Shown here piece after piece: positions 32,411 through 41,640 of a stretch of DNA of 64,000 nucleotides. Each line of letters starts with the position of its first letter. Position 1 is the first letter of the stretch. Source of the DNA: Candidatus Marinacidobacterales bacterium (GTDB taxonomy: Bacteria > Acidobacteriota > Vicinamibacteria > Marinacidobacterales > DATDRI01); the NCBI GenBank assembly GCA_965226495.1, contig OZ245365.1, positions 2,016,001-2,080,000 on the forward strand, written 5' to 3'. The notes beneath the pieces were generated by a model that was not told the origin of the DNA, did no database searches, and saw nothing but the letters and a program-made list of their open reading frames with translations. The translations under genes and the position numbers were made by a program.

Positions 32411-33144
32411 TCCTGGGACTCACCGGCCAAGGTCGCATGGGCAGAGAGGTGGAGCGGCTGGCTCTTCAAGGCGGACACGAGATTGGGCTCTCTTTGGACG
32501 AGCACTCGAACCCGGACGGGGTGGGCCTCACTAAGGATGCCTTGGCCGGAATGGACGTCGTCATAGATTTTAGCTGGCCCGAAGCCGTTCTCGAGAACAT
32601 CCGTCGGGTAGCAGAGGCAGGTGTTCCCATGGTGGTGGGGACGACCGGATGGTACGATCACCTCGAAAAAGCGCGGGAGTTGATCGAGACACACCAAACG
32701 GCGCTCGTCTACGGCGCGAATTTTTCGATCGGGGCTAATCTCTTCTTGAAGCTCGCAAAGATCGCCACCCGGCTCTTCGACCCTTTCCCTGCGTACGACC
32801 CTTACGTTTTTGAGCAACACCATCGGGACAAGGTCGATGCGCCCAGTGGAACCGCCCTACGCCTAGCGGAGATCGTCGTCGCTAACACGGACCGCAAGAC
32901 CCGCGTGCAGATCGGAAACCCGGAGGGGACGATCGATCCCGAAGCGCTTCACGTCTCTTCGCTAAGGGCGGGAGGGGCATCGGGTCGACACGACGTGGGG
33001 TTCGATAGTGCAGCCGACAGCGTGGAAATAGTGCATACCGCTCGCAACCGGGAAGGCTTCGCGCGGGGCGCGCTTTTTGCCGCGGAGTGGATCCGCGGCA
33101 AGAAAGGCGTGTTCGAGTTCGCCGATTTATTGGAGTTGGAGTGA
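32407..33144 (+). CDS. dapB: 4-hydroxy-tetrahydrodipicolinate reductase
   Basis: G.GRMG, VGTTGW, NFSIG, EQHHRDKVDAPSGTA, R.GFA.GAL.AAEW. Confidence 0.94.
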   Translation: MILGLTGQGRMGREVERLALQGGHEIGLSLDEHSNPDGVGLTKDALAGMDVVIDFSWPEAVLENIRRVAEAGVPMVVGTTGWYDHLEKARELIETHQTALVYGANFSIGANLFLKLAKIATRLFDPFPAYDPYVFEQHHRDKVDAPSGTALRLAEIVVANTDRKTRVQIGNPEGTIDPEALHVSSLRAGGASGRHDVGFDSAADSVEIVHTARNREGFARGALFAAEWIRGKKGVFEFADLLELE

Positions 33145-33147
33145 GCC

Positions 33148-34056
33148 ATGAGTGAGCCGTGGCAGGGAACCTATACTGCGGTAGTGACGCCTTTTCGCGC
33201 CGACGGAGCCGTGGACGACGAAACGCTCGAGAGGCTGGTGGATCTTCAAATTGAAGGAGGCGTGGAGGGAATCGTTCCTTGTGGCACAACCGGGGAAAGC
33301 GTCACTCTGAGCGGCGAGGAGCAGCTTCGCGTTATTCAAGTGGTACGAGACCGAGTCGACACGCGGGTTCGGGTGATCGCCGGTGTCGGCGGGAACGCTA
33401 CTGAGAAGGTCGTGGCTCAGGCTCGCGCCGCCGCGTCGTTGGGGGTCGAGGGGATTCTGTCCGTCGTTCCTTATTACAACAAACCAACCCAAGAGGGCCT
33501 GTTTCGACACTTTTCCGAATTGGCCGATGCGGTCGAGATACCGGTCATCGTCTACAACGTTCCGGGCCGCACCAGCACGAATCTTTCGCCCTCCACCTTG
33601 ATGCGTCTCGCCGAGCACGGGAACATTCGCGGCGTCAAAGAGGCATCTGGCAACCTCGTTCAAGTGATGGAGATTCTGTCGCGCCGGCCCGACGGCTTCC
33701 GCGTTTTTTCCGGGGAAGACAATCTGACCTTGCCGATTCTGGCTCTCGGCGGCGATGGAGTGATCTCGGTAGTCTCGAACGAAGTGCCGATGCTGATGAG
33801 TCGGATGGTTCAAGAGGCGTTGGCCGGGAGACTGCCCAACGCCCGCGACATCCATTTCCGACTCTTGGGTTTGATGAACGCAAATTTCATCGAGACGAAT
33901 CCCATCCCGGTCAAGGCGGCTCTGGCGATGATGGGACTTATTGGTGAACACTATCGCCTTCCGCTGGTGCCGATGAGCGCAGAGAATCGCAGGCGACTTC
34001 GTGAGCACCTGCTGCAATTGGAGCTGGTCGAGGAGTTGACCGGTAACAGGAGCTAA
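33148..34056 (+). CDS. dapA: 4-hydroxy-tetrahydrodipicolinate synthase
   Basis: GTTGES, PYYNKP.QEG, YNVPGRT, GVKEASG, ETNPIPVK. Confidence 0.97.
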   Translation: MSEPWQGTYTAVVTPFRADGAVDDETLERLVDLQIEGGVEGIVPCGTTGESVTLSGEEQLRVIQVVRDRVDTRVRVIAGVGGNATEKVVAQARAAASLGVEGILSVVPYYNKPTQEGLFRHFSELADAVEIPVIVYNVPGRTSTNLSPSTLMRLAEHGNIRGVKEASGNLVQVMEILSRRPDGFRVFSGEDNLTLPILALGGDGVISVVSNEVPMLMSRMVQEALAGRLPNARDIHFRLLGLMNANFIETNPIPVKAALAMMGLIGEHYRLPLVPMSAENRRRLREHLLQLELVEELTGNRS

Positions 34057-34058
34057 GT

Positions 34059-34913
34059 GTGACGACGAAGGCAAAGACTGCTCTACAAGAAACCATCGAA
34101 CGGCTATTCGAGCTCGAGGGGGCCGACCTTCCATCAGATGCAGAGAGCTCTTTCCTCGAGTTCAGGGCGATGCTGTCCCGAGGTAAGGTGCGCGCCGCGG
34201 AGCTGGGGCCTCATGGTTGGGTCGTCAACACGTGGGTGAAGAAGGGGATCTTGCTGGGATTCCGCCTCGGACGAATCGAGGATTTCTCACTGAAGACGCC
34301 GCCGATGCGGTTTTTCGACAAGCACACGTTTCCGCTTCGGGATCTGGAGCTCGAAGAACAGGTTAGGGTGGTCCCGGGCGGTTCTTCCATTCGGGCCGGG
34401 GCGTTCGTGGGCCGAGGAGTCGTCTGCATGCCACCGATGTATGTGAACGTCGGTGCCTACGTGGATGAAGGGACTATGATCGATTCCCACGCGCTGGTAG
34501 GATCCTGCGCTCAGGTCGGCAAGCGCGTACACGTTTCCGCCGCCGCGCAGATTGGTGGTGTTCTCGAGCCGGTGGGAGCGATGCCGGTGATCATCGAAGA
34601 TCGCGTGTTGGTGGGAGGAAACTGCGGGGTGTACGAAGGTACTATCGTAAAGAAGGAAGCGGTATTGGCACCCGGGACAATATTGACTAGGTCCACGCCC
34701 GTCTACGACCTAGTGAACGAAACGGTGCTGCGTGCAAACGAGGACTCCCCCTTGACCATACCTCGAGGCGCGGTGGTAGTACCGGGTAGCCGTCCGGCGC
34801 GGGGAAACCTCGCCTTGCGAGAGGGCCTCCATCTCTACGCACCTATCATCGTCAAGTACCGCGATCCCGGAACCGATGCCGCGGTGGCGCTGGAAAGCGC
34901 ACTGCGTCCTTAG
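34059..34913 (+). CDS. dapD: Tetrahydrodipicolinate N-succinyltransferase
   Basis: WVKKGILLGFR, RVVP, VNVGAYVDEGTMIDS, GSCAQ.GK.VH, IGGVLEP. Confidence 0.95.
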   Translation: MTTKAKTALQETIERLFELEGADLPSDAESSFLEFRAMLSRGKVRAAELGPHGWVVNTWVKKGILLGFRLGRIEDFSLKTPPMRFFDKHTFPLRDLELEEQVRVVPGGSSIRAGAFVGRGVVCMPPMYVNVGAYVDEGTMIDSHALVGSCAQVGKRVHVSAAAQIGGVLEPVGAMPVIIEDRVLVGGNCGVYEGTIVKKEAVLAPGTILTRSTPVYDLVNETVLRANEDSPLTIPRGAVVVPGSRPARGNLALREGLHLYAPIIVKYRDPGTDAAVALESALRP

Positions 34914-34925
34914 TCGGCTCAACTC

Positions 34926-36056
34926 TTGGAAAAGCCCGCTTCACGCCTCGACGGGGTAGGGATTTCTCTTATCCGTCGCGTCCTGGAGGCCGCCCCGAAA
35001 GACGCCATCAACCTGGGATTCGGAGAGCCCAACTTCGATACCCCACGTGCGATTCTCCGTGCTGCACACGAGGCACTCGACGAGGGCCGGCTTGGCTACA
35101 CGGCGACCGCGGGCCTGCCCGAATTGCGCCAGGCCATAGCGGAGTACTCGGGCGGTCGACTCAGTCCCGACTCGGTGCTCGTTACGGTGGGAGCCCAAGA
35201 GGCGCTTTTCGCGACCATGTTGGCGTGGCTTGGTCCAGGGCAGGAAGTCCTGGTTCCCGACCCAGGTTTCCCCGCTTATCCGGCGATTGCGAGGCTGGCC
35301 GGTGCGTCGCCCGTTGCTTATCCCCTGCGCGCCTCGAATGGCTTTCAGTTCCGCGCCGCCGCTCTCGAGCCTCTGATTTCGGCGCGCACGCGGGCACTGG
35401 TATTGAATAGCCCGGCCAATCCCACCGGAGTGATTATTCCTTTCGAGGAGCTTCGGGCTGTCGCGAAGCTCGCGGCAGATCACGAGCTCCTCGTGATCTC
35501 CGACGAGGTGTATCGGGAGATCTACTTCGGAGATCGGCCGCCCTCCTATCTAGACGTCAGCACCGACGGAGTCGTCGTCTCGAGTCTTTCCAAGGTGGCG
35601 AGCATGACCGGCTGGCGTCTCGGTTGGGCGGTAGGCACGCCCGAGCGGATGGAGCCGATTCGGGTCATCCACCAGTACGCCGTGACGTGTGCGCCGGCTC
35701 ACTCTCAAAAGGCCGCTCTCACAGCGTTCGGAACCAGTGCCCAACGGGAGGCGGAGTCTTTCCGGCGTGAGCTCAGGCATCGCAGGGATCTTCTCGCAAC
35801 ACTGGCTCGAGAGCGCTTGGGCTTCTCCCCCTTGATTCCGGAGGCGACCTTTTACATGTTGATCGAAGCCGCGCCGGCTGGAGACAGTTTGCGGACCGCA
35901 ATGGAATTGGTCGAGCACGCGCGGGTGATCACGATTCCAGGTGCCGCCTTCGGCGAAGAGGCTAGTCGCTTCTTGCGCTTGTCGTTTTCAGTAGAGGAAG
36001 AAGAGATCCGTCAGGGGATAGAACGTATCCGTGGCGCGGTACCCCGGAATCAATAG
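34926..36056 (+). CDS. PLP-dependent aminotransferase class I/II (probable DapC role)
   Basis: GEPNF, NSPANPTG, SDEVY, SLSK..SMTGWRLG; last gene of the dap operon. Confidence 0.88.
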   Translation: MEKPASRLDGVGISLIRRVLEAAPKDAINLGFGEPNFDTPRAILRAAHEALDEGRLGYTATAGLPELRQAIAEYSGGRLSPDSVLVTVGAQEALFATMLAWLGPGQEVLVPDPGFPAYPAIARLAGASPVAYPLRASNGFQFRAAALEPLISARTRALVLNSPANPTGVIIPFEELRAVAKLAADHELLVISDEVYREIYFGDRPPSYLDVSTDGVVVSSLSKVASMTGWRLGWAVGTPERMEPIRVIHQYAVTCAPAHSQKAALTAFGTSAQREAESFRRELRHRRDLLATLARERLGFSPLIPEATFYMLIEAAPAGDSLRTAMELVEHARVITIPGAAFGEEASRFLRLSFSVEEEEIRQGIERIRGAVPRNQ

Positions 36057-36241
36057 TAGTCCGAGCAGCTCATGTAGTAGTGGCACCGCGGACAGAGAAG
36101 CTTGCAGCGGTCCTCCCTCAAACTCGCCCCGCAGTTCGGACAAGTCAGGACGAGAATCTCGGGGTCGATCTGTAACTTAGTGGCGGGTTCCTGCTTGTTC
36201 TGTCTATCGAGTGGCTCAGGTGTTTCGCTGAGTTTCCGCAT
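36050..36241 (-). CDS. Small zinc-ribbon protein
   Basis: CPNCG...CKLLCPRC.YYMSCSDYY; starts 12 bp after the TPR gene stop on the same strand. Confidence 0.7.
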   Translation of the reverse strand: MRKLSETPEPLDRQNKQEPATKLQIDPEILVLTCPNCGASLREDRCKLLCPRCHYYMSCSDYY

Positions 36242-36253
36242 AGGGGTGGCGAA

Positions 36254-37189
36254 TTAGCGTCGCTTGCCGACCTCTCCCTTGCCAGTGAGGGCCGCCTTGA
36301 AGCGCGGCTCCGAGCGGAGGGCCTCGAACTCCTTGGCTTTTCGTATCTCCGCACGGCGAGGGGGGTGGATGTCGATCGCAGTCTGCAACGCGTCGAGCGC
36401 GGCCTCACGGTCGCCGAGTTTCACGTACGCGATGGCCAGGTTGTAAAAGGCCTCGTCACAGTCCGGATGATTCTTGAGCGCGGCGCGCAGATCCAGTACT
36501 GCGTCTTCGTTGCGACGTAGACGCAGCAGCGCGATACCGCGGTGGAGCAGTGCCGAGTGGTCGTCCGGCTGGCGGTCGAGGGCGCGGGTGAAGCACTCGA
36601 TGGCCTCTTGGGGGCGACCGTTGTCCAGGCGTGCTAGCCCCTTTACGGAGTGAGCCTCGACCGAGGCAGGATCGATCTCCAATATGGCGTCGGCCGCAGC
36701 GATCGCCTCGTCGAACCTGCCGCACTCGATGAGAGCACTGGCCTTGGTAATGCGAGCGTCGAGTTTCTCGGGCGCGAGCTGAATAGCGCGATCGTAGCAA
36801 CTGATCGCCTCTTCGTAGCGCCCGACGTCCGCGAGGGCCGCCCCTCGGTTGTAGACAAAGTCGTCGTTGTCAGGATCAAATTTCAAAATCTCGTCGAAGC
36901 TCTTGAGCGCTTCTTCGGCGCGCCCGAGCTCTCGAAGAACCACCGCCCTATTATGGATGGACGCAAGATGGTTTGGTTGGATGGCAAGAGCCTGCTCATA
37001 ATCGGCGAGTGCGTCTTCCAACCGGTCCATTAGGTCGTAAACGATCCCGCGGTTGTAGTATGCAAAATAGGATTGGTCGTTCAGAGTGAGGGCACGGTTG
37101 AGGTAGCGGAGAGCTCGTTGGGGGTCGTCTTCTTCGATGAACTTCACGCCGAGATCGACGTAGCGTTCATGGAGTGTGATTCGTCCCAT
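36254..37189 (-). CDS. Tetratricopeptide repeat protein
   Basis: Multiple AYYNRG/YNRG...A...YD.A repeats. Confidence 0.9.
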   Translation of the reverse strand: MGRITLHERYVDLGVKFIEEDDPQRALRYLNRALTLNDQSYFAYYNRGIVYDLMDRLEDALADYEQALAIQPNHLASIHNRAVVLRELGRAEEALKSFDEILKFDPDNDDFVYNRGAALADVGRYEEAISCYDRAIQLAPEKLDARITKASALIECGRFDEAIAAADAILEIDPASVEAHSVKGLARLDNGRPQEAIECFTRALDRQPDDHSALLHRGIALLRLRRNEDAVLDLRAALKNHPDCDEAFYNLAIAYVKLGDREAALDALQTAIDIHPPRRAEIRKAKEFEALRSEPRFKAALTGKGEVGKRR

Positions 37190-37298
37190 AACCTTTGACG
37201 ACTGTATCAGTCAGGCTGCCAGCATAGCCCCGCCGGGTCTCGCTTTGCAACCGACCTCCGGGGCATGTCTCGCGCTGCAACGCTCCCTCCGGCTCGGG

Positions 37299-38078
37299 TC
37301 ATTTGCGCTGAACGATGACTTCTCGCGCCCCGATGCTGCACTCGCTCTCCGGGCCGGCAGCGATCGTTCCTTTGACAAGAATGCCCAGGCCCTCGCCGAG
37401 AGCGCTGTACGCAACGGGAGCCGAGCCACGTTTCAGACGGGTCGCGCTACCGACGTAGACGACATAGCTTAGACGATCGCTCCCCAGCAGCTCGAAGGAG
37501 TCGTTGTCGATGATTCGCGAAAGCTTACCCGTTCTAGTGACGGTAGCTCCGGGATCCGGGCATTTGGAAGAGGACGCCTTGGCCGGTCGAGTGGCCCGAG
37601 GGGGCGGTCGGGACGACTGTGGTTGGGGTCGTGGTTTGCTCTTTTGGACGCTCGCCGTTTGGGAAACCGTGCTGGACGGGACATCGTTAAGAAGGGTGGC
37701 CGCGGAGAAGGACTTCGTTGCCGGTCTGGAGTCGCCACTCACGCCCTTTACTCGGAACTCGTCCAACAAGATCGCGTTGCCGGTCACCAGGCGCACCTTT
37801 AGGCGGATGAACTCTCCCTCGTTCGCGGAACGGATATCGATCTCACCTAACAGGGTTTCCCTTTGGAAGAACGAGAGGTGGATGTCGCCGGCCGGCAGGC
37901 CGGGGAGCGTGACGGCTCCGTCGTCCTCCGGGACGCCTTCTCTTTCTCGCATCTCGGCGATGGTGACTCGAATCTCGGCGACCGGCAGCTCAGTGTCCAG
38001 GTGGCATCTGACCGTGACGGGAGGCTCGAATTGGGAACTGGGAAGAGTGAGGAGGAGCAGAGTGGTCGCGAGTTGCAT
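37299..38078 (-). CDS. Secreted hypothetical protein (C-terminal OB/DUF5666-like domain)
   Basis: Signal-like N-terminus MQLATTLLLL, Pro/Ser linker, C-terminal V...T.....L..G..V.V.G pattern with a Cys pair. Confidence 0.6.
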   Translation of the reverse strand: MQLATTLLLLTLPSSQFEPPVTVRCHLDTELPVAEIRVTIAEMREREGVPEDDGAVTLPGLPAGDIHLSFFQRETLLGEIDIRSANEGEFIRLKVRLVTGNAILLDEFRVKGVSGDSRPATKSFSAATLLNDVPSSTVSQTASVQKSKPRPQPQSSRPPPRATRPAKASSSKCPDPGATVTRTGKLSRIIDNDSFELLGSDRLSYVVYVGSATRLKRGSAPVAYSALGEGLGILVKGTIAAGPESECSIGAREVIVQRK

Positions 38079-38167
38079 GATGTTTCTGATTCGACTCGAG
38101 ATGCATCCTACCCCATTCGAGCCGGAGATCAAACGGCGCAGCCGCCTGAGGTATCATCGAGTCCATT

Positions 38168-39271
38168 GTGGCAAAACAGCCGAAGGGAACTCGGCAGACT
38201 TTACAAGCACGTCTGCTTTCTTGGTATCGACGCCATCGGCGTGAGCTCCCATGGCGGGAGCGGCCCGAACCCTACCGCGTTTGGGTCTCGGAGCTGATGC
38301 TGCAGCAGACGCAAGTCAAGACGGTTGTCCCCTATTTCGAGCGGTTCATTGGCCGGTTTCCCGACGTCGCGATGTTGGCGAGCGCGCCGGAGCACGATGT
38401 CTTGGCCGCGTGGTCGGGGCTAGGTTACTATCGCCGCGCCAAGGCGCTGCACCGAGCAGCCAAATGGGTGATGGAAGAGAACGGTGGTCGTTTTCCAGAG
38501 ACCCTCGATGGATGGCTGTCGCTCCCCGGAGTGGGGAGGTACACCGCGGGTGCGATTCTCTCGATCGCATACGGCCAGCGCCACCCGATCCTGGATGGAA
38601 ACGTCACGCGCGTGTTGTCTCGGATGTTCTTGGTTCGTGGGGATCCTAGGTCCAGCCCGGTCCGAAAGATCCTATGGCAGAAAGCGGAAGATCTGTTGCC
38701 GGCGCGATCGGTGTCGGATTTCAACCAAGCCCTCATGGAGCTGGGAGCGTTGGTATGCACACCGCGCGGTCCCCGGTGTCTGTTGTGCCCCGTTCAGGAA
38801 GATTGCAAGGCGTTTCAGCATGGCGTCCAGGAAGAACTGCCCGAGTTGACCGCCAGAAAGGTCTCCGTTCCCGTCGTGTTTACCGCCGCCGTCATTCGGA
38901 GGCGAGGGAAGGTTTTGATGTATCAGAGGGAGGAGGAAGAGCTCATGCGTGGGCTGTGGGAGTTTCCGGGAGGGTCGTGCCGGGCGGACGAGGAGCCGCG
39001 AGGGGCATTGGTTCGTGAGGCCCGCGAGAGGTATGGGCTTCGGTTGGAGCCGGGTGCGGAGCTCACCCGCGTCAAGCACAACATCATGAACCGACGGATT
39101 ACACTCTACGCCTTCGCCGCGCGACTGACCGACGGTTCGAGCCGCGGCCTGCGGAGTACGCCGAGTAAGAAGTCGCCAGTATGGATCCTACCCGAGAAGG
39201 TAGATGAATATCCCGTCTCCTCAATGACTCTCAAGGTGCTTCGAGGAATAAAAGAGAAAGAAAAACCCTAG
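38168..39271 (+). CDS. mutY: A/G-specific adenine glycosylase MutY
   Basis: LPWR, SELMLQQTQV, WSGLGYY.RA, LPGVGRYTAGA, C..6..C..C..5..C Fe-S motif, C-terminal NUDIX-like GLWEFPGG. Confidence 0.96.
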   Translation: MAKQPKGTRQTLQARLLSWYRRHRRELPWRERPEPYRVWVSELMLQQTQVKTVVPYFERFIGRFPDVAMLASAPEHDVLAAWSGLGYYRRAKALHRAAKWVMEENGGRFPETLDGWLSLPGVGRYTAGAILSIAYGQRHPILDGNVTRVLSRMFLVRGDPRSSPVRKILWQKAEDLLPARSVSDFNQALMELGALVCTPRGPRCLLCPVQEDCKAFQHGVQEELPELTARKVSVPVVFTAAVIRRRGKVLMYQREEEELMRGLWEFPGGSCRADEEPRGALVREARERYGLRLEPGAELTRVKHNIMNRRITLYAFAARLTDGSSRGLRSTPSKKSPVWILPEKVDEYPVSSMTLKVLRGIKEKEKP

Positions 39272-39350
39272 ACAGGATTAACAGGATTTACAGAATTGAA
39301 CTGAACGGGACTTTGGTTTTCCTATCCTGCTATCCTGTTATCCGGTCTGG
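39268..39350. repeat. Imperfect inverted repeat built from (A)CAGGAT units
   Basis: Left arm gacaggatt-aacaggatt-tacagaatt; right arm tatcctgc-tatcctgt-tatccggtc. Confidence 0.75.
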
Positions 39351-39385
39351 TTTTGGGTTTGTCTTTTTCCTGGCTATATTGGTTT

Positions 39386-40534
39386 ATGCGGACGCTTTGC
39401 TTCGTCTTGGCGGTGGGGATTGTCGGCGTGCAAGGCGATCCGGCGGACATGTACAAACGGGGACTGGCGTTTTATAACGGCGGTCGATACGAAGAGGCGC
39501 TCGAGCTTCTCAAGAGTGCTTCGGCCTTTCGCCCGAATGTCCCCGACTACCGGTACAGCCTGGGACTTACCTACTTGAAGTTAGGACAAGCAAAACAAGC
39601 CGCCTACGAGCTAGAGGCGGTGCGGGGCATGATTGGCCTTCGACGAAACACGCGAGTCAAGGAGCCCCAGGTGCTGGTGCATTTGGCAACGGCGTTCATT
39701 CAGCTAAACAAGCTTTCCGGAGCGCGCTCACGTCTGGAGCTTGCTCTCGAACAAGAGCCGGACAACGTACCAGCGCTCTACGCACTCGGCCTCGTCGAGC
39801 AGAAGGAGGGCAACACGGAGCTGGCGTTCGAGCGTTTTCAGATGGTGTTGAAACATGAGCCCGACCATCCGGACGCCAATTTGGCTGTTGCCAAGTTCCT
39901 TCGAGAGCAGGGCAGAGGAGCGGATGCCCTCGAGCGTCTAAGGCATGCCGCCCATGGTGCTCCAGGGAGTGTCCAGCTCCAGCTCGCCTTAGGGGCGGCG
40001 GCCTACGAACAAGGCTTCCCCGACGAAGCGGAGGCGGCCTTTCAACAGGCATTGGCGCTCGAGCCCCAGAACGCAGAAGCGCTGTTCGGCTTCGGGACTC
40101 TGATGCTAGCCAAGAAGCAATACGATGCTGCGATCACGACTTTGGAGCCGTTGACGCGGACCGAGACGCCCCACGACCCCGCGGCATTCAATTTAGCTCA
40201 GGCCTACATGGCGAAGGACAGGAAAGAAGAAGCGCTGGGTGTGCTCGAGGCTCTCGCTACCCGTTCTCCCGAACATCCTAAGGTTCAGTTCACGCTCGCG
40301 CTCGTGTTCGAAATACGGGGAGAGGTGGACCTGGCGGAGGCAGCGTATCGGAGGGAGATTCAGGGTCGGCCGGACTTCGTGCCGGCGTACTTGAACCTCG
40401 CAGCGCTTCTGGAGAAAGAAGGACGGTCGGAAGAAGCGGTCGAGCAGCTTCGGTTGGCACTAGTCCAGAGCTCGGAAGCTTCGCAAGCGGAAAAGATCCA
40501 AGCTGCAATAACGGCCATGGAAGAGAGCGAATAA
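39386..40534 (+). CDS. Secreted tetratricopeptide repeat protein
   Basis: Signal-like N-terminus, about 9-10 TPR motifs. Confidence 0.88.
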   Translation: MRTLCFVLAVGIVGVQGDPADMYKRGLAFYNGGRYEEALELLKSASAFRPNVPDYRYSLGLTYLKLGQAKQAAYELEAVRGMIGLRRNTRVKEPQVLVHLATAFIQLNKLSGARSRLELALEQEPDNVPALYALGLVEQKEGNTELAFERFQMVLKHEPDHPDANLAVAKFLREQGRGADALERLRHAAHGAPGSVQLQLALGAAAYEQGFPDEAEAAFQQALALEPQNAEALFGFGTLMLAKKQYDAAITTLEPLTRTETPHDPAAFNLAQAYMAKDRKEEALGVLEALATRSPEHPKVQFTLALVFEIRGEVDLAEAAYRREIQGRPDFVPAYLNLAALLEKEGRSEEAVEQLRLALVQSSEASQAEKIQAAITAMEESE

Positions 40535-40538
40535 GAAG

Positions 40539-40572
40539 GCGGCGGCTTCAAATTTGAATTTGAGGCCGCCGC
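40539..40572. terminator. Hairpin between convergent genes (probable terminator)
   Basis: gcggcggcttcaaatt / aatttgaggccgccgc 16-bp stem; no long U tract. Confidence 0.65.
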
Positions 40573-40610
40573 TCGTTTATCCCCGGCAGGTCTGTCCGCC
40601 TAGGGAGTGG

Positions 40611-41243
40611 CTATTGGTTTATCGGGTAGCCGAATGATCGCTCGATGATGATGGGAGACCCGGTCGATCCGCCTTGCCCGCATGCACCACCGCGGCCGCG
40701 ACCGATGCCGGACACACCGATACCTCCCCATCCTCCCTTACGACCTCGCTTGCCCGGTCTTCCCTCGCCGTCGCCGAATCGCGCCTGCGAAATGGCTCCC
40801 GGTATGAGCTCCTCAGGAGCGTCGGGAAGAGCCAGGGCCACCTGTACCGCCGCTGGTGCGTCGAACGCCACGGTGTCTACTCGCAGGGCGGTCAGGTTCA
40901 GGCCGGGGTTCGATGCTTCCTGCTGGTCTTCAGAAATCGGAGCGGGTTGTTGCCTTGGTGCGCGTTCATCCAGGTTGGGGAACTTCGGCAAGCGAATCTG
41001 CTCCGGCAGGAGATCGGCCGGTACCTGAGAGTCGGAGGCCGTGCGGACCGACTCGCTGCTAGCGTACCCGGCGAATCCCGCGGTGTCTCTCGCTACCTGG
41101 TCGGTAGAGGGAGGAGCCCCGATGAGAAACGCGAGCACGAACAGCCCGAGCCCTTGAAGCGCCACGACGAGGGGAAGGCTTTCCGATTTGCGCCAACTCC
41201 CCATGGTGATCGAGCTCGTATTGCCGGTCACTCGAGAAGCCAT
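40611..41243 (-). CDS. Hypothetical single-pass membrane protein with Gly-rich C-terminus
   Basis: GAGGAGGT SD before ATG 41243; TM helix; low-complexity tail. Confidence 0.65.
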   Translation of the reverse strand: MASRVTGNTSSITMGSWRKSESLPLVVALQGLGLFVLAFLIGAPPSTDQVARDTAGFAGYASSESVRTASDSQVPADLLPEQIRLPKFPNLDERAPRQQPAPISEDQQEASNPGLNLTALRVDTVAFDAPAAVQVALALPDAPEELIPGAISQARFGDGEGRPGKRGRKGGWGGIGVSGIGRGRGGACGQGGSTGSPIIIERSFGYPINQ

Positions 41244-41350
41244 GAACACCTCCTCAGATTGGAACTTGCTTGGCTTCCAATCGGCTCGGCGGGCCCCGCC
41301 AAGTTGCCCCAGCGAGTTGAGGGGCCCACCTCACCTAAGCGATTACTCTA

Positions 41351-41367
41351 GGCAAAAGGGATGCCAG
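41351..41367 (-). promoter_or_regulatory. sigma54-type promoter
   Basis: Minus strand CTGGCATCCCTTTTGCC = TGGCA-N6-TTGC with exact GG-N10-GC spacing. Confidence 0.65.
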
Positions 41368-41640
41368 AAGGTGTGAGGCATTTAACATCCGCGAACAAAA
41401 GGACTTCCGGACCAAAGCCTCACTGAGCTTGCGTCATCATCAAGGGACAGTTGACCGCTTTTTTGGGCGTTCTTCAGTCTGTGAAGGCGTCGGGCCGAAG
41501 GGACGGCAAACTGTCGGGTGCCGCCCCGTGTCTGGCGTCAAAGCAGGAGGGGAAGTAGCCAGGCGTCGGTTGCCGGTTTCGACGAAGTCAAGGCGCCCGT
41601 GTGCGCTTGTGCTAGTATGAATAGTTTTTCCGAGGTTCCG

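Noticed and set aside
41495-41560. c-di-GMP-I riboswitch suggested by GGCAAAC, or a T-box before leuS
   Set aside because: No GAAA tetraloop or GACGCAAAG element, and no T-box GGTGGNACC motif
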